A DNA stretch of 64,000 nucleotides from Klebsiella phage FKP3. The position numbers and the translations under genes are program-made. Location of the stretch: sequence record PP895363.1, one strand, 5' to 3'. Every line of letters begins with the position of its first letter. Within the stretch, counting starts at the first letter, position 1. The notes under the pieces are model-generated. The model was not told where the DNA came from and searched no databases. It was given only the letters and a program-made list of their open reading frames with translations. This document shows, in pieces, positions 55,889-64,000 of the stretch.

Positions 55889-57862
55889 TCATAAATTTAT
55901 TTTAACAGCTTTAGTAGATACATCATAATATAGTTGACCAGTTGAACCTGGTGTACTTGCCATATCTGGTGTAACTAAGGCTGTAGTATTTATTTGTTTT
56001 CTGTTCAGTGTTCTGAACCCCAGCACTGGATTTGTCACAGCATCTGATCTATATTCATAAGAACTTCCCTTTGAAAACAACTGGTATACACTACCAGTTG
56101 GATCTGTATATTTATAATTATTATCAAAAGATCTTTGGTCAGAATAAGAAAAAGCTACATTATATGTATCATAAATAGCTTCATAATTATTATTTGTACC
56201 CATACCTAATGAAAAAATATAATCAAAGCCCTTACCATTAACTTTAACACTACAGAATTGACCACCATTAAATTTTATTGCTGATTGTCTTCCTGTACCT
56301 ACTAGGAAATAGTCTCCATGTATTGCAGTAATATCAACACTACAATGTTGGATATAAGCATTATTCGCGGCTGTGGCATAAAAAACTACACCGTCTGTGA
56401 CATTATATCCAGATCCTGTCACTGTACAACCTATTACAGGGGTAGTCGCTGAATTTCCAATGAAAGCAGATACATACTGTGCATTATAGGCGGTTACTTT
56501 TCCAGAACAAGCTTGACATCCATAACCTATTATAACACCACCACCTTCTACAATATCCGTAGCAGATACATCAAAGGTTATATTTTTACAAGCATTCCAT
56601 AAATGTAGACCTGCATGATAGGCTTTGTTAGTTACTAATTTTATATTACCATTAACGTTATTACTTTCAGATTCTATCCCTGCATATGCACTGTCATTTG
56701 CAATAACATCAAAAATAAAATCTGAACATGCATCTAATTTAAAACAACTTCCAAGGGCTAAATCTGAACTTGCCGATGTTGGTTGTGGATAGATTTGACC
56801 TGATTTTTTTGCCGTACAATAGACTTTCATATTTTTAGATCCATTATTAGCAAAAAATGGGAAAACTGCATTAGATAATATTACAGATTTATCTATATAT
56901 AGTCCATCTACTCCATTAACCCAAAGACTTAATGTATTTGCTAAAGGGGACGTAAATATTTGTCTACTATCTATTAATGTGCTACTTTGGTATGCATATA
57001 AAGGTTTATTAGTCGGATCTTCTGATGTTATTGTAATCTTACCAATCAATGAACTATTAGACCCTGTTATTTTTAAAGTTGTGAATCCTGAATAACTTGC
57101 ATTAGGTGGTGTTTTCCTGGTAAGTGTGGAATCAGCCCCCTCTAAAGAAATTTTATTTTTAGCAATAACCCAACCATCTAAAGATTGAGAGTTATTTGGA
57201 AAGTCATTATAATAAGTAGCATTAGGCATTAATTTAATATAATCACCATCTATCAAACTAGAAAGCATTTTAGCAAATGGTACTGTATCTGGTATTGAAA
57301 TACCCATACCTCTGCAACCATACCATTCAGGTTTTACTACTTTATTACTATAATACTCCAAACGAACAAAAACAAAACTAGGATCAATTGAACTAACGAC
57401 TTTGCCGCCATCTGCTATGAAATTTGTAGAATTTTGGACAATAAATTCTCCACCACCAACAACATAACCTACAGCATATTCTGTTAAATAAATTCTCTGT
57501 CCCACTTTTGTAGGTTTAATCAGTTGTAAATTGGCAACATCTGTAACACTGCCAAGATAAAGTAAACCACTTGGAGAAGATAAATCTGATAATGAAGAAG
57601 CTTTAGTAATTATAAAAGTTCCACTATTTGTAACTAGTGTTAATGTATTACCAGAAATACTCCAAGATATAGGTGTGCCAATTGCAGAACCTCTATACCA
57701 ACAGGTTTGTGTATCTTCATCATATAAAATTGTATATGAATCTACTGCTGTTGAAGTTGATAAATAACCAACTTGTCTCTTTTTAAGCCCGAATACTCGA
57801 GCTATTGCTTCCTTATTGGTCTCCTTAGAGACGATACCTTTTGGTTGTGTTAGTTGTACCAT
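55889..57862 (-). CDS. tailspike/tail fiber with right-handed beta-helix (pectate-lyase-like) domain
   Basis: KPEWYGCRGMG..DTVPFAKML..GDYIKLMPNATY resembles Pectate_lyase_3 N-terminal signature; G/N/T-rich repeats. Confidence 0.55.
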   Translation of the reverse strand: MVQLTQPKGIVSKETNKEAIARVFGLKKRQVGYLSTSTAVDSYTILYDEDTQTCWYRGSAIGTPISWSISGNTLTLVTNSGTFIITKASSLSDLSSPSGLLYLGSVTDVANLQLIKPTKVGQRIYLTEYAVGYVVGGGEFIVQNSTNFIADGGKVVSSIDPSFVFVRLEYYSNKVVKPEWYGCRGMGISIPDTVPFAKMLSSLIDGDYIKLMPNATYYNDFPNNSQSLDGWVIAKNKISLEGADSTLTRKTPPNASYSGFTTLKITGSNSSLIGKITITSEDPTNKPLYAYQSSTLIDSRQIFTSPLANTLSLWVNGVDGLYIDKSVILSNAVFPFFANNGSKNMKVYCTAKKSGQIYPQPTSASSDLALGSCFKLDACSDFIFDVIANDSAYAGIESESNNVNGNIKLVTNKAYHAGLHLWNACKNITFDVSATDIVEGGGVIIGYGCQACSGKVTAYNAQYVSAFIGNSATTPVIGCTVTGSGYNVTDGVVFYATAANNAYIQHCSVDITAIHGDYFLVGTGRQSAIKFNGGQFCSVKVNGKGFDYIFSLGMGTNNNYEAIYDTYNVAFSYSDQRSFDNNYKYTDPTGSVYQLFSKGSSYEYRSDAVTNPVLGFRTLNRKQINTTALVTPDMASTPGSTGQLYYDVSTKAVKINL

Positions 57863-58206
57863 TATTTCTCCAATATAACTATAACTTTATCCAACCCATA
57901 GCGAACCAGTTAAATGTAGCCTTGTTATTAACCTTTAGGAATTAGTTTATATCTATTCACTAGAATAAGAACATACATTAAAAAGAAAATGCACTGAGTT
58001 AGGTGCGTTTTATTTGATACTATTCAATTAGGATATGACGAACTACTCAAACAATACTTTTGCAACAGGGGTTGACCTATCACCTCTGTTAATTTGCTAG
58101 CGCTAAAATACCGGATTAGCAGTTGATAGTTGAGAACGCTGTCACTATTTTAATGTACCCGTCAGCGCACAACTGGCGGGGTTTTAAGTTATTGTTTTAA
58201 TGTAAC

Positions 58207-58488
58207 TTACTGATAATTTGCGGTTGTTCGTACATACTCCTCCGCCTCTTCCTGAGATGTTACAGAAGTATCTTCGATATTGATGTTCTCAAAGAATTGG
58301 TATGTTTCTCCACCGTCAGCACTCACCATTACCACAGCGGTTTTCGTTGATGTATCCCCTGGTCCGAATACTGTCAACACGCTTGAAACTTTGAACGTCA
58401 GACTTATCTCTACGCTCTCCGGGCTTAGCAGAATTCCAGAATCCGTAGTTCGTGTAACGGTAACAGTTCGATTAATAGAAAATGACAT
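58207..58488 (-). CDS. hypothetical protein
   Basis: ORF 93 aa. Confidence 0.35.
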   Translation of the reverse strand: MSFSINRTVTVTRTTDSGILLSPESVEISLTFKVSSVLTVFGPGDTSTKTAVVMVSADGGETYQFFENINIEDTSVTSQEEAEEYVRTTANYQ

Positions 58489-58499
58489 TTTAACTCTCC

Positions 58500-60890
58500 T
58501 TATAGATCGGCAAACATTACAAAACTGAACTGGATCTCTCCAGTAAGCGACAGCGGGTTAATGTATGCCCCGGTTGCTGCATTAAAGAAAACAATACCTA
58601 CAATTGTACCTGTGTTATCAGTTTGTATAGATACGTTAACTGCCGTCCCGGTAGTATTTCGGTTAATAGAGGGCATTCCAACGAACGAGAATTTTTTACC
58701 CCCACCAAAAATTAGGCTGATGCCGGAGTTCTGGGTGGTAGCAGAGATTGCAGAGTTTCCACTACCGACTGAAACAGGCGTTGTGTCTAAGACGGCTGTA
58801 CTGACTGAGTTATCATACAGACCCCCAATCCCAAATCTTGGCGCGTTACCTGAAGCGTAAGACACTAAATTCTGGAATGTAAAACCTGACGCACCATTGA
58901 ACGCGAATTTAAATTTCAGAGCCTGTAATTTTAGCGTTGAACTTCTGGTCGTATTATTCAGCAGCAAGGAAACAATTGGGCTAACATTACTATATGTCTG
59001 GTTTGATACTATGCCTGGATGTGCGACAAGATTTCCATCGACTGAACCATCCTGACCTTCTGTGACCCCAGAAAAACGCCCATTGATAAAGGTCTTACCG
59101 TTAGAGCTAGTAAAAATTTTCTGTCCACCAGAAGATGGAGCGAGTGACCATCCGTCAAAGTTAATGAACGCACCGTAGTTATAAATCGAGTAATTAGTGG
59201 CCCACTCGAAACGACAAGCGCGCGCATAAACGTGAGTTTCACCCATCCCTGAGACGTTAGCACTCATGTCTACGTACAGGTTAGAGCCATTGTGGTCGAG
59301 CAGGGTTTGGACGAGATGAATGTCCATTGAGTCCGCCGGAGCACCCTTCACGTAAATACCATACCCACAGTTAAAAATTTTGCTCTGCGATACTGTACTG
59401 AATACGCCAGTGGCCAGGTAGGAGGTGTTGGCGTTATCTACAATGATACCGTACCCGTTGCCGAGATAGTTCCAGATGTAGGTGTTCCGTAAATGCACGT
59501 CGAACGTGGTATTTTTTATCATAATACCATCACCGGACACTTTCCCCGCACCAGCTAAGTTTGTACCATCAATTAGCGTAGTATCGAAGATAACGTTGCT
59601 GAGCATAGTGTTAGCTGAATCTGGGTCCCACAGGTTAAAGTGGCACTGCTTAAACCACAGGCCTTTAAACTCCTGGCTAATAACTGCGTTCGCACCGGCA
59701 CGCAGGTAAACGGTAGCGCCAAGTAATCCACGCGTGCGTCCAGCCCCAACGAGAGATACCCCCGGCTTCACGTAAATAGTTCCACATGCATAAAATCCAG
59801 ATGATTGCGGAAATTTTACGCTTGCCAGACCAGCACTTGCTGCGGCGTCAATGGCTTTCTGAATAGCCGTTGTATTTGTTGCGGTATTAGTAGTGTTTGA
59901 ATCTCCAATTGCGCCGAACCAGGTTACATCGAAATCGACGACACCAACCCGCTGCCAGTACCACGTGGATGAGCCAGTCGGTACGCAGATAGTACCTCCG
60001 TCATCTGTCGCTGTACCAGCACGAGCCACGAACTCACCTCCGCCAGTAGTGCCATTGGCATAGTAGGATGCCAGCAAAATGCGTTGACCAGCACTATCAG
60101 GAATGATGTTTTTTAGAGCTGCATAACTGGCAACCTGCCCGATGTATTTAAAGCCTTCGCCTGAACCCAGTTTTTGCTGTTTGACTGTCTTATCTAACTC
60201 GTCTTGGACAGTTTCCCCAGAACTAGTACCTATAATATTTGCAGCAGTATTCGCAGCCAGCCCTATATAAGTTACATAGTTAGTATCAGGATTACCTTCC
60301 TCAACTTTACCAATATAGCAAAATAATATATCTGGAACCTCTGCATCCGGCTCTGGTACAAGCGCTGGTGTAAAGCTAATGGTATTATTAGCAATTGTAT
60401 AATCTTTACCTGGTACTAATACTGCGCTATTATATGTAACAATAGCAGTATCAAATTCATACGGAGGAACAATAGAACTTGTTACTTGAGTAATCTCTGT
60501 TGACCAAGGGTGTACTTGTGCCGGAATTGATTGCGTAGCAGTCTGGTATAATCTCCAATTATCATCATCTGAAGGTGTACTTCCCATAGCTATAGGGTTA
60601 TCTAGAGTAGCTTGAGGAGCATAATACCATCCAGAAGTTGCCAGAGTACCGTCAAAGTAGTATAACTGATTAAAAACAGTAGATGATTCTCCTTCTACCC
60701 AGTTAATAGGTGTCTTAAAATAAAAATTATCTACGAGAGCTTTACGTAGAGTAGGAATGTCTCCATTCTCTGTTTCTACTGTTGTCAACGCATCCCCATT
60801 AATGACATCATGCAATTGGTTAGATGCAAAAATTGTTAACTCAACTGCTTGAGTAAACGTTGTTGCCGGGTAGACAGGATAAGTAGCCAT
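58500..60890 (-). CDS. tailspike with pectate-lyase-3-type beta-helix depolymerase domain
   Basis: VDFDVTWFGAIGDSNTTNTATNTTAIQKAIDAAASAGLASVKFPQSSGFYACGTIYV is the classic tailspike beta-helix opening. Confidence 0.65.
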   Translation of the reverse strand: MATYPVYPATTFTQAVELTIFASNQLHDVINGDALTTVETENGDIPTLRKALVDNFYFKTPINWVEGESSTVFNQLYYFDGTLATSGWYYAPQATLDNPIAMGSTPSDDDNWRLYQTATQSIPAQVHPWSTEITQVTSSIVPPYEFDTAIVTYNSAVLVPGKDYTIANNTISFTPALVPEPDAEVPDILFCYIGKVEEGNPDTNYVTYIGLAANTAANIIGTSSGETVQDELDKTVKQQKLGSGEGFKYIGQVASYAALKNIIPDSAGQRILLASYYANGTTGGGEFVARAGTATDDGGTICVPTGSSTWYWQRVGVVDFDVTWFGAIGDSNTTNTATNTTAIQKAIDAAASAGLASVKFPQSSGFYACGTIYVKPGVSLVGAGRTRGLLGATVYLRAGANAVISQEFKGLWFKQCHFNLWDPDSANTMLSNVIFDTTLIDGTNLAGAGKVSGDGIMIKNTTFDVHLRNTYIWNYLGNGYGIIVDNANTSYLATGVFSTVSQSKIFNCGYGIYVKGAPADSMDIHLVQTLLDHNGSNLYVDMSANVSGMGETHVYARACRFEWATNYSIYNYGAFINFDGWSLAPSSGGQKIFTSSNGKTFINGRFSGVTEGQDGSVDGNLVAHPGIVSNQTYSNVSPIVSLLLNNTTRSSTLKLQALKFKFAFNGASGFTFQNLVSYASGNAPRFGIGGLYDNSVSTAVLDTTPVSVGSGNSAISATTQNSGISLIFGGGKKFSFVGMPSINRNTTGTAVNVSIQTDNTGTIVGIVFFNAATGAYINPLSLTGEIQFSFVMFADL

Positions 60891-61234
60891 TAGTCATCCT
60901 TCTTAGTTATTTGTGTTTTCTTGTACAGATCTTCTAACATTACTTGAATAGTAGCATTTTTTAGATCCATAATTTTTTCAATTTTTTGTTCTAGGGCATT
61001 ATTATTGGCAAGTAATGTTGTATTAATTTGGTTTAACATTTGAGCCATTTCAGCTTTTGTAGCATAAGTAGATTCAACAAAAACAAGTTTCTTTTCTAAA
61101 TCACGATATTGTGTGCTTAGATCTGTAACTTCTTTTTCCATACCATCCATTTTCTGTTTAAAAAACATTCCAATAAAACCTATTAAAGGGATTATGGCTT
61201 CCTTTGCCACACTCCAAAGATCTGCTAACTCCAT
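60890..61234 (-). CDS. membrane-anchored coiled-coil protein
   Basis: TM helix then coiled coil. Confidence 0.4.
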   Translation of the reverse strand: MELADLWSVAKEAIIPLIGFIGMFFKQKMDGMEKEVTDLSTQYRDLEKKLVFVESTYATKAEMAQMLNQINTTLLANNNALEQKIEKIMDLKNATIQVMLEDLYKKTQITKKDD

Positions 61235-61252
61235 AAATAATCCTTAATTATT

Positions 61253-61726
61253 TTATTCTTCTAGAACAGGAAGATCTCCAGCCCCATCTGTTTTTAAATA
61301 TGCACGTAATGCAACTCTATAATCTGCTGCTTTACTCTTAAGATCTAAAACTTCTTCTTCTGTGTATGTACTGAAGTCTTTATCTTCTAGTACGTATTGA
61401 TATTCAGAAATTTGGGTAGAGATAGCTTCATATTGTTTTTGAGCTTTCAGTAAGCGAATAGAGCTTTTTTCTTTCTGTTCGGCTTCCACTTGCTCAGCCG
61501 TTTGAATCCAAGCTTTAGTTTCTGTATCAAAGGTATGGAATGCGCTAGGTCGCTGTACATCTGAGGAAGTTAATGCATCACCTTCTACATAAAGATAAAA
61601 TCCAGAGTTTATCTTATCTAAGCCACTTAACCATTGATCATTAGTTATAATGATTACATCTTCTGGTAATGAGGGGTATACTAAACTCTCATCATAAAAA
61701 GCTTGTGTTTTTTCGCTAAATAACAT
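61253..61726 (-). CDS. tail fiber assembly (Tfa-like) chaperone
   Basis: immediately downstream of tail fiber gene; N-terminal FYDESLVYPSLPEDVIIITNDQW resembles Tfa conserved N-domain. Confidence 0.45.
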   Translation of the reverse strand: MLFSEKTQAFYDESLVYPSLPEDVIIITNDQWLSGLDKINSGFYLYVEGDALTSSDVQRPSAFHTFDTETKAWIQTAEQVEAEQKEKSSIRLLKAQKQYEAISTQISEYQYVLEDKDFSTYTEEEVLDLKSKAADYRVALRAYLKTDGAGDLPVLEE

Positions 61727-61727
61727 A

Positions 61728-62768
61728 TTATCTCCCTATTGCAATCCAATAGCACGGCTGTGCAATACTAAAATCTTGTCCAGAGTTGCTATCACCAACT
61801 AAACTAAAACCAGTTGTTGTTCCCTTTACGCAAGCTAGCACTGTAATATTCCCTGTGGAAGTATTCATTTGACTAAGTTTAGGATTAGCACTAATAGAAT
61901 ATACAGCATTAGGGAAGGTAATAGGGAAAGTAACGCCAACGCTTGTTTGAGCATCACCAGATGTAGTAGGTAAGGTTGCAGTTCCCCATTGGATAATAGT
62001 TCCAGTATTTACATCTTTCCAATAGCCATTAGCTGCAAATGACGCAGTACTTTTAGAGTCAATATACGATCTTAGTGTGCTATTTAATGTGCTAATGTTA
62101 CTGCTGATTTGGCTATCTACATAATCCTTTCGCGTAAGATCTGCACTATTCGTACCCTGGGTGCTTATTGAACGAGGGGAGGTTAGTTCAACTCTTCCAT
62201 CATATAAAATAACTTCAGCGGTTTTTGCAGTTGAAGTCCCTTTGTAAACAGTAATAACGCCCGCTGAACGATCCCAAGCGAAAGAACCTTTTTGCACATT
62301 ACTATTTGCTTGGTCATATATACGATAATCAAAATTCTGACCTGCGGGCGCATATCCATAAAAGTTCTGTAGTGCGCCAAACCCTCCTCCGCTATCCCTT
62401 TTAACTAGAGTATTCACTGTAGGATTAGATGTTGCAGCATTTAGAGTTGCAGATTGTAATACCACAGAAGTAGTGTTATTTCCTGTCCAAGTAGCTGTTC
62501 CTGTTATATCTCCAGTAAAGGATAACTGTGTTCCATTTTTTGGAAGATAAGTTAAAGGGATAGTATCAAGATATTCATCAGCCAGATATCTTACCCACTG
62601 CCCTGTATTATTAAAAAGCCAGTTAGTTTCTTCTGCTGTTAATAGCTGACCATAATCTACCCCAACTTCCCGGAGAACTTGCTTAGGTCGTACTTTATTT
62701 GTGTTTCCCGTAGAGGGCAATGTTGTGTCTGTTGTAGCCCAATCTGGATAAAATTCTGGTTTAGCCAC
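61728..62768 (-). CDS. tail fiber protein
   Basis: Thr/Ser/Gly/Asn-rich; C-terminal FPITFPNAVYSISANP... typical of fiber tip domains paired with Tfa. Confidence 0.55.
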   Translation of the reverse strand: MAKPEFYPDWATTDTTLPSTGNTNKVRPKQVLREVGVDYGQLLTAEETNWLFNNTGQWVRYLADEYLDTIPLTYLPKNGTQLSFTGDITGTATWTGNNTTSVVLQSATLNAATSNPTVNTLVKRDSGGGFGALQNFYGYAPAGQNFDYRIYDQANSNVQKGSFAWDRSAGVITVYKGTSTAKTAEVILYDGRVELTSPRSISTQGTNSADLTRKDYVDSQISSNISTLNSTLRSYIDSKSTASFAANGYWKDVNTGTIIQWGTATLPTTSGDAQTSVGVTFPITFPNAVYSISANPKLSQMNTSTGNITVLACVKGTTTGFSLVGDSNSGQDFSIAQPCYWIAIGR

Positions 62769-62777
62769 ATATACTCC

Positions 62778-63404
62778 TTAAGGTATTTGAACTAACATAG
62801 TTGGCATTCTTCCCTCTGTCCCATTAGAGTTAACATACAGTGAACCAAAGCCTCCCAACCCATCTGGAGTATCTGTCTTTACTGTAGAATTAAAACCAAA
62901 AGAAATCCCTGTTTTGCCACCTAAACGATAACTGGATAGGATTGGGAAAATGTTTGTAAGCTCCTCTATAGCATTGTCAGAGTCTAAACAATAATTATAA
63001 AAGAATACATCCACAGATTTTTTTAGTCCAACATATGTGTTTATGTCTGTTTCTTGAGACCCAGTAAATCTTGAAAAAATATCGATAATGTCTGGTCTAG
63101 TCCCCGCAGAAGCTACTCTATAAGATCTTATTTTTAAAATAACTCTATATTCTTCGTCGGTTGACCCATTCCTTTCCACACCGAGTTCCTCACCTATCTC
63201 ATCTAAGTAAGCTCCTGTTGCCGTGGATATCAATCTATTTTTTGCAAGATAAATCATAGCCTGGTCTATTTTTTTCTTTTCATTTGTAATAATATACAAG
63301 AGTTTTACAATATTTACAGAAGATTTGAAGTCCTCTATAAGAAGACTTCGTACATCCTCATTAATAGTGTCCCACTCTGTTACATGGTCAACACTAACTG
63401 TCAT
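62778..63404 (-). CDS. putative baseplate/tail protein
   Basis: position in tail module only. Confidence 0.35.
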   Translation of the reverse strand: MTVSVDHVTEWDTINEDVRSLLIEDFKSSVNIVKLLYIITNEKKKIDQAMIYLAKNRLISTATGAYLDEIGEELGVERNGSTDEEYRVILKIRSYRVASAGTRPDIIDIFSRFTGSQETDINTYVGLKKSVDVFFYNYCLDSDNAIEELTNIFPILSSYRLGGKTGISFGFNSTVKTDTPDGLGGFGSLYVNSNGTEGRMPTMLVQIP

Positions 63405-63407
63405 ATG

Positions 63408-63959
63408 TTAATCTCCTACAACATATGCTATGTTATCAGTATCAATTGCAGGCAGCTCATTGTAATCTGGAGTTAAATCTGTTTCTGCAAAAGATGAGTC
63501 TGGTTCACTACTTAGTTTAACATAAACACGTAGAGAAGTCAAGCGCCCGAAATCTAAGGCAGAATAAATAACCCCTTTTATTTGATCATTTGTAACTAAA
63601 GAACCTATTTCAAAGTACGCTTGTAGATTTTTAAGAGCTGTGATAATATTGCTTTGTTCGGTAATGCTTAGTTGTCTACCGTTCGCAGACGTATAAACAA
63701 TACGTACATTATAAGTTACGGTAGAGCCTCTACTAAATTTGATAACCTCTAGACCATTATCTTCGGTTGTAACTGTGACTGCTGTGCTTCCATAAGTTAA
63801 TGTGTTAATTGGTTTAGACTCATATAATGCTTGTGCAATTTCTGAATCTTGTCCACCATATACAATTGTTTGGAAACTACATGCTGGAGCATACGCTTCA
63901 TCTATAAGTGTAGGATTGTCATAAATCTTAACTTTAGAGACACCATTTAAATTTAACAA
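63408..63959 (-). CDS. putative baseplate/tail protein
   Basis: position in tail module only. Confidence 0.35.
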   Translation of the reverse strand: MLNLNGVSKVKIYDNPTLIDEAYAPACSFQTIVYGGQDSEIAQALYESKPINTLTYGSTAVTVTTEDNGLEVIKFSRGSTVTYNVRIVYTSANGRQLSITEQSNIITALKNLQAYFEIGSLVTNDQIKGVIYSALDFGRLTSLRVYVKLSSEPDSSFAETDLTPDYNELPAIDTDNIAYVVGD

Positions 63960-64000
63960 AGCTCTTAGGATAGCTGGACGGGTAGCTGCACTTGCTTCAT

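Noticed and set aside
1-64000. tRNA genes
   Set aside because: Manual scan for GTTCRANYC T-loops with matching acceptor stems found none that were convincing. This cannot be excluded without tRNAscan-SE.

Overview
This 64-kb window reads as part of a virulent tailed-phage genome. Base composition is about 40% GC, ribosome-binding sites are AGGAG-like, and the many TTGACA-N17-TAtaaT promoters suggest an enterobacterial host.

Layout:
- 1-1900: a non-coding, repeat-rich segment. It holds a 317-bp direct repeat at an exact 500-bp offset, 19-bp perfect palindromes, and AT-rich palindromic repeats.
- 1912-9964: a minus-strand block of small early-type genes. Most are preceded by a sigma70-like promoter plus a conserved GCGGGAA..TTCCCGC stem-loop.
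- 10.5-11.4 kb: a regulatory hub. It has a strong promoter, another copy of the 19-bp palindrome, and iteron-like repeats.
- 11374-16037: a minus-strand operon. It carries a NADAR-like gene, a beta-class DNA methyltransferase, and an AAA ATPase.
- 16.1-55.6 kb: a long plus-strand block.
  - The replication module is T7-like. It has a gp4-like primase-helicase, a family-A DNA polymerase ending ...SWSSCH like T7 gp5, an SSB ending DFDDDIPF, and a UvrD-like helicase.
  - Three free-standing homing-endonuclease-like genes sit in this block.
  - A NAD/ADP-ribose gene set is present. The NadR-like NMNAT plus ribosylnicotinamide-kinase gene is interrupted at its P-loop by a 312-aa intein with a LAGLIDADG-like motif. 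The rest are a type I phosphoribosyltransferase (PRTase), a HAD-like hydrolase, and a TARG1-like macrodomain.
  - A Ter-like (tellurite-resistance family) cluster follows: a TerC/DUF475 membrane protein, a TelA-like protein, a vWA protein and TerD.
  - The window also contains a second AAA ATPase paralogous to the minus-strand one, a SleB-like secreted cell-wall hydrolase, a glycosyltransferase broken by two homopolymer frameshifts, and a minimal CCA-type nucleotidyltransferase.
- 55.9-64 kb: a minus-strand tail module. It has two beta-helix (pectate-lyase-like) tailspikes, a tail fiber with its assembly chaperone, and putative baseplate genes.

Unusual structures:
- An exact 1000-bp tandem duplication lies at 38446-40445. 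It carries a nested 127-bp frameshifting duplication and truncates one copy of a SprT-like gene.
- GGGGC-GNRA-GCCCC terminator hairpins recur four times.

The candidate for something new is a phage-borne Ter-like module physically linked to a PRTase/HAD pair and to enzymes that rebuild NAD and reverse ADP-ribosylation. This may be a counter-defence or host-manipulation system.

I did not find convincing tRNA genes or CRISPR arrays. Every call is based on reading motifs by eye, not on database searches.
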